From the NCBI GenBank assembly GCA_016839585.1, contig JAEOTZ010000021.1:1-64000 (forward strand): a stretch of 64,000 bases of DNA, in the 5' to 3' direction. Source of the stretch: Promethearchaeota archaeon (GTDB taxonomy: Archaea; Asgardarchaeota; Lokiarchaeia; Sigyniarchaeales; SOKP01). Numbering within the stretch: position 1 is the first letter of the stretch; each line of letters opens with the position of its first letter. The notes under the pieces are model-generated. The model saw only the letters and a program-made list of their open reading frames with translations, was not told where the DNA came from and searched no databases. Shown here piece after piece: positions 58,022 through 64,000 of the stretch. Position numbers and translations under genes: made by a program.

Positions 58022-59431
58022 TTGAAAATGCCCGAAAATGAATTAAACAACAATCAAGACAAAAATGAGAAAGATCAAACCATTTCAACGAAAAAAGGCA
58101 AAATTATAATAAAAAAAGAAGCTTTCAGGAATATGATAACCCATGTTTTAAGATTTGGAAGCATTGTATTAGAAAAGAGTGTAGAGGTTATGGGGATTTG
58201 TTTAGGAGAATTAACTGAAAATGAGAAAGACATTGTTTTAATTAATGCTATTCCGATCACTCATGGAAAAAAGGTATCAGCAGGTTTCACTAAAGAAGAT
58301 TATGATTTATTAACACAACTCGAAAAACAATATCAAAAGAAGAATCTCAATATCGTAGGATGGTATAGTTCTCACCCCGGGTGGGGTCTTTATTTTTCTG
58401 ACATAGAAATAAAAACTCATCAATTTTTTCAAAAGGAAAGTAATCCTAACGGATTTTGTATTGTTTTTGATCATACTTTAATGGATAAAGATAAGTCTTT
58501 TGGTTTTGAGATTTATAGATTTGATGATTTTAAAAAAGCAGATAAATATCATAATGTAGTATTTGAAATTGAAGAACCAGCAGACCTAGATTACTTTAAA
58601 TGGGTTCAGAAATTTGTAGAAGATTTTCAAAAACAGACACCTATCTTAATTAAAGAGATTAGTGAATCAAAAGAATCAATTCCGGGTGAATTACAAGAAA
58701 TACCTATATCAGAAGAGATATCACCAGCAGAAGAATTAGATGACTATTCACATATTTTACCGATAATTTCAGGATTTCAAAAAGGAGTGTCTAAATTTTC
58801 TGAATTGATAATAGATACCTTCAAGGCTCAATTTGGAGATTGGACTAATAATCTTAAAGAAGGATCTTCGAAAGGTTCAGAATATTTACGTAATAGCATA
58901 AATAAAATGAAAGAAGCAGCCTCTCAAAGTCTTATTAAAGTAGAGAATTGGTTTAACAAAAATATGGATAGTATGTTAAATGGATTTAAAGAAACTGTCG
59001 TTAATTATGTAGACAAAAGAGTTGAAGCTCAGACTCAGTTAAGAAATGAACTAAACAATATAAAAGAAGATCTATTTAATGATTTAAATATTATTGTTGA
59101 TGAAAATTTAAAATATATTAAAAGTGAAATAGCATCTGTCGTTAAATTAACAACAGTCAAAGTAAATAATAGCGTTCAAATAAATTCTAAGATTGAAGAG
59201 ATGACAGGCAGCATTTCTAAAGTAATTTTAGCAATTGAAAATGAATCAAGTGATCTTGGTAGTAAAATAGAAAAAAATATTGAAACAACGATCGATCAAT
59301 TTGAAACAAGTATTAATGAAAAAATTGAAAAAATGAGTTCAGAATTACAACCATTTAAAGAATATTACTCAGAAATTAGTGAATTGTTAGAAAAGTTACA
59401 AAAAATAATCACAGATTTTCGCAATATTTAA
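58022..59431 (+). CDS. MPN domain protein with degenerate JAMM motif (predicted inactive, MPN-) + long coiled coil; start at TTG 58022 or ATG 58028
   Basis: 'HVLRFGS', 'EVMG' and 'IVFDHT' are shared with the upstream paralog, but the motif reads 'VGWYSSHPGWGLYFSDIE' (first His>Ser, Asp>Glu). A GGAGG RBS lies inside the end of the upstream gene. Confidence 0.9.
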   Translation: MKMPENELNNNQDKNEKDQTISTKKGKIIIKKEAFRNMITHVLRFGSIVLEKSVEVMGICLGELTENEKDIVLINAIPITHGKKVSAGFTKEDYDLLTQLEKQYQKKNLNIVGWYSSHPGWGLYFSDIEIKTHQFFQKESNPNGFCIVFDHTLMDKDKSFGFEIYRFDDFKKADKYHNVVFEIEEPADLDYFKWVQKFVEDFQKQTPILIKEISESKESIPGELQEIPISEEISPAEELDDYSHILPIISGFQKGVSKFSELIIDTFKAQFGDWTNNLKEGSSKGSEYLRNSINKMKEAASQSLIKVENWFNKNMDSMLNGFKETVVNYVDKRVEAQTQLRNELNNIKEDLFNDLNIIVDENLKYIKSEIASVVKLTTVKVNNSVQINSKIEEMTGSISKVILAIENESSDLGSKIEKNIETTIDQFETSINEKIEKMSSELQPFKEYYSEISELLEKLQKIITDFRNI

Positions 59432-59491
59432 CCATATAAAACTATTACTTTTTTCCTAAAAACTTATTATTAATTATAATCTAAAAATGGT

Positions 59492-59776
59492 TTAGAAAAA
59501 CTGTAAACTTGAAACTCTAGAAATATGTAATCTATATTTAGGAATGTTAGTACTCAATCGCTTTAATTGATTCAATTTAGCAATTTTACCTAAAACTCTT
59601 CCTATTTTATCAACTTTAATGTCAACTCCAAAATTTTCCTTTAGAACTGAATTAATTTTATAGGATGATAAAATAACTACGCTTGAGATATTTTTTTCGC
59701 ATAGCAACTCAATTGCTTTTTTTACTAAGCGAATCAGAGTTTCTTTATTATCTATCTTAGTTTTTTCCATTCTCAA
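59492..59776 (-). CDS. Small basic hypothetical protein, possibly winged-helix
   Basis: 'LSSYKINSVLKENFGVDIKVDKIGRVLGKIAK...LKRL....PKYRL' fits a helix-turn-helix-wing pattern. Confidence 0.5.
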   Translation of the reverse strand: MRMEKTKIDNKETLIRLVKKAIELLCEKNISSVVILSSYKINSVLKENFGVDIKVDKIGRVLGKIAKLNQLKRLSTNIPKYRLHISRVSSLQFF

Positions 59777-60056
59777 GAATTTTAAAAAAATTTGCTATAA
59801 TTAAATTTATTATTAACTATTTTTAAAACTTTCATCTAAGTTTGATTCTTATTTTGGTTTTAACATTATAATTAGGTTTAAATTTAAAAAAATGATTTAT
59901 TAATATAATGTCTATTAAGCAATCTAATTCTGTTATTTCTCTAAAAAATTTGAGCTCATTTAGAGTACAAAAAAGTTCAGAAGCAGAAATAAAATTACTG
60001 AAATTAAGGCGTTACATTTATCACATAATTCAAATATAGGGAAAGGTAGGTTCAGA

Positions 60057-62405
60057 ATGAAAAAAAAAGAGTTTATATCAAACCTTCGAACAAAGATTGC
60101 AGCCTTTAAGTCAAGAACAGGTGAAAAATTAAAGGATTATACTGATAAACTTGTTCACAAGGAAGTTTATGTTGATGGACAAGAACCTCCAAAATTTTAT
60201 TCATTTGAAAAAAAATTTCTTGGCTTGTATATTATTTTTATAATATCATCTTTAGTTTTAATAATAGCAATTAACTTTTCACAAAATAATTTTATTGATA
60301 CAATAATTTTTACTGTTTCAAATGCAATTGTTGCATTCTTCCTGCTACTATCTGCATTATTAAGTGTAGATAAGTTTAGATTATTTTTATTTGAAGAAAG
60401 AACTTTTATTAAACAAATTATTTTGTATTTAGCTTTATTTACTTTACTTATTCCAATTTCTTTTTATATCTCAACAGACATTAACTTCATAACTTATTTA
60501 TCGATTTTTGCAATGATTTGGTTATTTCTTCTAAGCAGCAGATTCTATATTTATTCTAGGAAATTTGCTACAAAAATTGAAGCAAGATTTATTAAAAAAT
60601 ATTCCATCCCTAGATATCTTGTCGCCATTATTATTCCCTTTTTAATATTAGTTGTTCTTGTTATTCTTTCACTATTTTATAGGAGTTTCTTAGTGTTTCT
60701 TTCATTAGATATTTTTGGCAAGATTGATCCTAGTGCCGCTGTTAAAGTGTATAATCTAGAAATGCGTGTTGTTATGCCGCTAATTTATTTTAGTTTGGTA
60801 TTGACCTTGGTATTTATAATTTTTGAATTCGTTTTTACTAGAAGGCGTGCAGAAACAAAAAGAGCTGGAACCTTTGACAATTTTACTTTTTCTTTAATTG
60901 TTTTATTCATCTTTTTCTTTCAAATTTTAGAAATCAGTATCTTTATGTTATTAAGACCAGAAACAATAGATGCATTTAAAGCAACGGTAGGAGCTACTGT
61001 CTCGCCTGTTGGCATTATTTTAATTTTTGAGTTTATTATATCTATGTATTTTCTATATAGGGTTGTCAAAAAAACTGGTAGAACATTAGGATGGCGTATT
61101 TTTATATTTAAGAAAGACGGATTAGTTTTATTCTTTTTAGCATGTGTACTCGCTCAAACTATGACACGTTTTGCACTAACAAATGAAATAACAAATCAAG
61201 AAGTAACTCCAATTGGGATTTGGTTAATGGCGGATAAATATGTAATTTCAGTATTGATGATTTTTCTCTTAGGTAGTACTTTATTAGTCTATTATATAAA
61301 ACCTCATGAGACTTCAATGTTTATGAGACTTCAAAAAGAATTAGTATATGATGAAGAAAAGAATATTGAAAAAATTTATAAGATTATAAGAAGTGAATAC
61401 ATCCGGAGGGGAGAGGCTTTTCCAATTGAAATACTTGAGCGTGAATTAATTAAAGCAACTCGACTATCAAAAAGTAATGTTTACTCTCTAGTTGAGCAAT
61501 TAGCGACTAAAGATATGGATATTCTTATAAATGAGAGAAAAGAAGAATTTGGTACACCCGTAAAATTTATAGATTTCACCTCTGTTACCGAACGATTTGA
61601 TAGAAAAGGAAAAGCACAAGAAAAAGCTAAAAAATATTTAGCTAAAAGATTATATGAAACTAGTTTAGCGGAAAAGAGTGAAAAAAGCAGATTAAGAGCT
61701 GTCAGCGAATCAGAAAAAGCTTCAGATCAACTTATTGCCTCTCTTACTACAAACTATGCAAAAAAGCAAGTAGACGAACAAGAAATGAAAAAAGTAAAAG
61801 AAGATGCAAAAATAACCAAAGATTTGAAAGTAAAATTAACAGATGCTTTAAAAAATCAGCTGTTACAAATGATTAAGGATGAATATTTTTATAGGATTGA
61901 AAACAATGAAAAGTTTCTTGACTTATATATCCCTATTTCTGAAATATCAGATCAAATTGAATTAAATACAAGAATAACTCCTGGAGAATTATATCCTATC
62001 TTAGAGAGGCTCAGTAGCGCTGATTTGGAATTGGTTCTAATAGAGAATCCCGATGAACCTGAGGATAAAAAAATCAAATTCTTACCTTTTTCTGATGATA
62101 GTATGAACTTCTCTTTAGCTAATTTTAGACCGGAAGAGTATGCTAAATTTAGAGTTCATGTAACTAAAAATTTTCATAGAGCTCTTAAAACCAAGAGAGA
62201 AAAAAGAGTTATATATCAATTGAAAAAAGAGGTTTCAGATAAAAATGAAGATCAAAAATCGTGGTTTAATCTATTAGATAATTTATATAAATACTATCCT
62301 TTATATGCTGAAAAATTATCATCTGTTCCTAATACAACAAAACTTAGAAATCAATTGAGGAAAATGGAAGAATTTTATGAGAGAAAACGTACCTTAAACA
62401 GCTAA
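60057..62405 (+). CDS. Polytopic membrane protein (about 10 TM) with a cytoplasmic C-terminal region containing two related wH-like repeats
   Basis: Hydrophobic helices at about aa 55-415; internal repeat 'IIRSEY.RR..FPIE.LERELIKATRLSKSNVYSLVEQL' vs 'MIKDEY.YR..IPISEISDQIELNTRITPGELYPILERL'. Confidence 0.7.
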   Translation: MKKKEFISNLRTKIAAFKSRTGEKLKDYTDKLVHKEVYVDGQEPPKFYSFEKKFLGLYIIFIISSLVLIIAINFSQNNFIDTIIFTVSNAIVAFFLLLSALLSVDKFRLFLFEERTFIKQIILYLALFTLLIPISFYISTDINFITYLSIFAMIWLFLLSSRFYIYSRKFATKIEARFIKKYSIPRYLVAIIIPFLILVVLVILSLFYRSFLVFLSLDIFGKIDPSAAVKVYNLEMRVVMPLIYFSLVLTLVFIIFEFVFTRRRAETKRAGTFDNFTFSLIVLFIFFFQILEISIFMLLRPETIDAFKATVGATVSPVGIILIFEFIISMYFLYRVVKKTGRTLGWRIFIFKKDGLVLFFLACVLAQTMTRFALTNEITNQEVTPIGIWLMADKYVISVLMIFLLGSTLLVYYIKPHETSMFMRLQKELVYDEEKNIEKIYKIIRSEYIRRGEAFPIEILERELIKATRLSKSNVYSLVEQLATKDMDILINERKEEFGTPVKFIDFTSVTERFDRKGKAQEKAKKYLAKRLYETSLAEKSEKSRLRAVSESEKASDQLIASLTTNYAKKQVDEQEMKKVKEDAKITKDLKVKLTDALKNQLLQMIKDEYFYRIENNEKFLDLYIPISEISDQIELNTRITPGELYPILERLSSADLELVLIENPDEPEDKKIKFLPFSDDSMNFSLANFRPEEYAKFRVHVTKNFHRALKTKREKRVIYQLKKEVSDKNEDQKSWFNLLDNLYKYYPLYAEKLSSVPNTTKLRNQLRKMEEFYERKRTLNS

Positions 62406-62453
62406 AAAAAATAAAATAATTTTAATTCTATTTTTAATATTTAAAGATAAGAT

Positions 62454-63767
62454 TTGCTGACTCAAAAAATTCAAGAATCAAATTTTAAAGTATTCATTGG
62501 ATTATCATCTTTCCAAATTCTCGCTATGTTTAGGCGAGGATTATTTTATACATATCTATCAATTTATTTAAGATTCTATCTAAAATTATCAGTTACAGAA
62601 ACGACTTTATACGCCACTCTACCAATGATAATGAGTGTATTGTTTCAAAATCTAGTTTGGGGTCCCATAAGTGATAAATTTCAACGTCGACGTTTGTTAA
62701 TTATTTTAGGTGAATTAATCGCGGGGATTGGAACAATGCTAGTATGGGGCGTTCATTTTATTTTCGAGGAATTATATCTAGCTGGATACGTAATAATAAT
62801 TGGTTTAACGATTGTAGAAATGTTTTGGTCAATGTCAAACATTGGATGGAGTGCTCTAGTGAGTGATGTATACCCTTCTAAAAAGCGTGGTAAAATTATG
62901 GGCTATTTAACTAGTATTGGAGGATCAGGACGTATTATAGGAATCTTTATCGGTGGATTTCTGTATGATGGAGGCTTGGGGTTTCGAAACGGAACATTAT
63001 TTTTTATAGCATCATTTACTATGTTTATTTCAACTATTCCAATGCTCCTCTTTGTTCCTGAAGGTGGTGTCACCTTAAGAAAGAAGCAAGAAGGGAATTC
63101 TGATATAGAATTAGATGATGAGCAAAATAACATTTTTATATTTGTCATATTCATTATTGCCTTAACTTTTATAAATCTTGGAAGAGGTTCTATTACTGTT
63201 CCTTTCCCACAATTTTTAAAATTGGAATCTGGTTTTGCAGTTGATGATATAATGCTCAGTTTTATTGCGAATACACGTTCAATTTCTGTTGTTTTAATTG
63301 GACTTTTAGCAGGAATATTAAGTAAAAAATTAGGCTATGCAAGGACCTTAATATTTGGATCAATTATTGGGATCATCGCTCTAATCATTATAGCAACTGC
63401 AGCCAATCTACTAACCATTTTCCTTGGAAATTTCTTAATAGGTGCGGCTGAAGTAATTATATACGCCTCATCATACGCTTTTGCTTCAACTTTAATGACA
63501 GCAAGAATTCGAGCAAAATTATTTGGGGTATATAATACTACATTCTTCTTATCTTGGGGTTTAGCTTGTACTCTTGTATCTGGACCTTTAATAGATCTCT
63601 TAATAAACAAGGGAAAGAGTGATATTTTTGCGTATCAAATGGCATTTCTAGTAGGTGCGTTAACCTGCTTAATTGGTCTATTAATGTTCACTTTTTTAGA
63701 AATTTGGCTGAATATAAAAAAGAAAAAGTCAAAAGAAGCTTTAAACGACTCTAATATATTAATTTAA
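62454..63767 (+). CDS. MFS transporter
   Basis: Motif A 'WGPISDKFQRRR' and its repeat 'GILSKKLGYAR'; 'ALVSDVYP.KKRGKIMG'; about 12 TM. Confidence 0.92.
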   Translation: MLTQKIQESNFKVFIGLSSFQILAMFRRGLFYTYLSIYLRFYLKLSVTETTLYATLPMIMSVLFQNLVWGPISDKFQRRRLLIILGELIAGIGTMLVWGVHFIFEELYLAGYVIIIGLTIVEMFWSMSNIGWSALVSDVYPSKKRGKIMGYLTSIGGSGRIIGIFIGGFLYDGGLGFRNGTLFFIASFTMFISTIPMLLFVPEGGVTLRKKQEGNSDIELDDEQNNIFIFVIFIIALTFINLGRGSITVPFPQFLKLESGFAVDDIMLSFIANTRSISVVLIGLLAGILSKKLGYARTLIFGSIIGIIALIIIATAANLLTIFLGNFLIGAAEVIIYASSYAFASTLMTARIRAKLFGVYNTTFFLSWGLACTLVSGPLIDLLINKGKSDIFAYQMAFLVGALTCLIGLLMFTFLEIWLNIKKKKSKEALNDSNILI

Positions 63768-63777
63768 ATCAAATTAC

Positions 63778-63933
63778 TTATTTATTATTTATTTTTTTCT
63801 TTTTTAGCTGAAATTCACTGCATACATTTATGGCTTTAGTATCATTACAATTATAATTCTTAGGTAAAATACAAGAATGATAAAAAGGACAAATAATTCT
63901 TATTTTTGATTTTTGATTTGATTGTTCACTCAT
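63778..63933 (-). CDS. 51-aa Cys-rich microprotein (below the ORF-track cutoff)
   Basis: Manual translation: MSEQSNQKSKIRIICPFYHSCILPKNYNCNDTKAINVCSEFQLKKKKINNK*; GGTGA RBS just upstream of the ATG. Confidence 0.65.
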   Translation of the reverse strand: MSEQSNQKSKIRIICPFYHSCILPKNYNCNDTKAINVCSEFQLKKKKINNK

Positions 63934-64000
63934 ATTCTCACCTAAACCCTTAAAGATGTTAATAAACAGATTCGTTGATTTATCTTTTTATTTACCAGTT

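Noticed and set aside
54637-59431. MPN genes as a CBASS/Bil-type defence locus, or the third MPN gene as a pseudogene
   Set aside because: No CD-NTase, E1/E2 or Ubl gene is adjacent, and the proteins are long Rpn11-like coiled-coil forms. The third ORF is full length with no frameshift or stop and keeps a coupled RBS.
44659-63610. ORFs 44659..44844, 47103..47363, 49421..49789, 53180..53365, 55384..55605, 57646..57837, 57897..58088, 58075..58260, 62903..63154 and 63335..63610
   Set aside because: Antisense shadows of longer motif-supported genes.
1-64000. rRNA, tRNA, CRISPR arrays, IS elements, integrases, proviral genes
   Set aside because: None recognised. There are no GC-rich RNA-like islands or transposase/integrase motifs, and intergenic gaps are short and AT-rich. 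A tRNAscan/Infernal run would be needed to exclude small RNAs formally.

Overview
A gene-dense, strongly AT-rich chromosomal segment. It is most likely from an Asgard archaeon of the Lokiarchaeia/Promethearchaeota type. This is an inference from GGTGA/GGAGG ribosome-binding sites, frequent TTG/GTG starts, archaeal enzymes (HdrA-MvhD, HdrBC, the DUF39+CBS / NIL-ferredoxin homocysteine pair) and several eukaryotic-signature-like proteins: a Rab-like GTPase, a gelsolin-domain protein, a longin-like protein, a double-roadblock protein and three MPN/JAMM proteins. I saw no rRNA, tRNA, CRISPR array or transposase. Housekeeping genes include purA, PiT+DUF47, class I FBP aldolase, PHP histidinol phosphatase, a cold-shock protein, DedA, two DMT transporters, an MFS transporter and a partial abfD. 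The strongest candidate for an undescribed system is the MPN cluster at 54.6-59.4 kb. There an intact-JAMM MPN/coiled-coil gene directly abuts a paralog whose JAMM motif is broken (H>S, D>E), matching the active/pseudo-DUB pairing of eukaryotic Rpn11-Rpn8, CSN5-CSN6 and BRCC36-Abraxas. A tandem pair of vWA + C4HC3-finger + Zn-ribbon genes at 11.5-14.3 kb resembles the Rpn10/p44/MERIT40 class of vWA proteins. Also notable are a SIR2-TPR protein, an alpha-solenoid/nitrilase fusion, three small ORFs missed by the ORF track, and a nested inverted-repeat element at about 32.0-32.1 kb. All family calls come from motif recognition by eye; no database searches were run.
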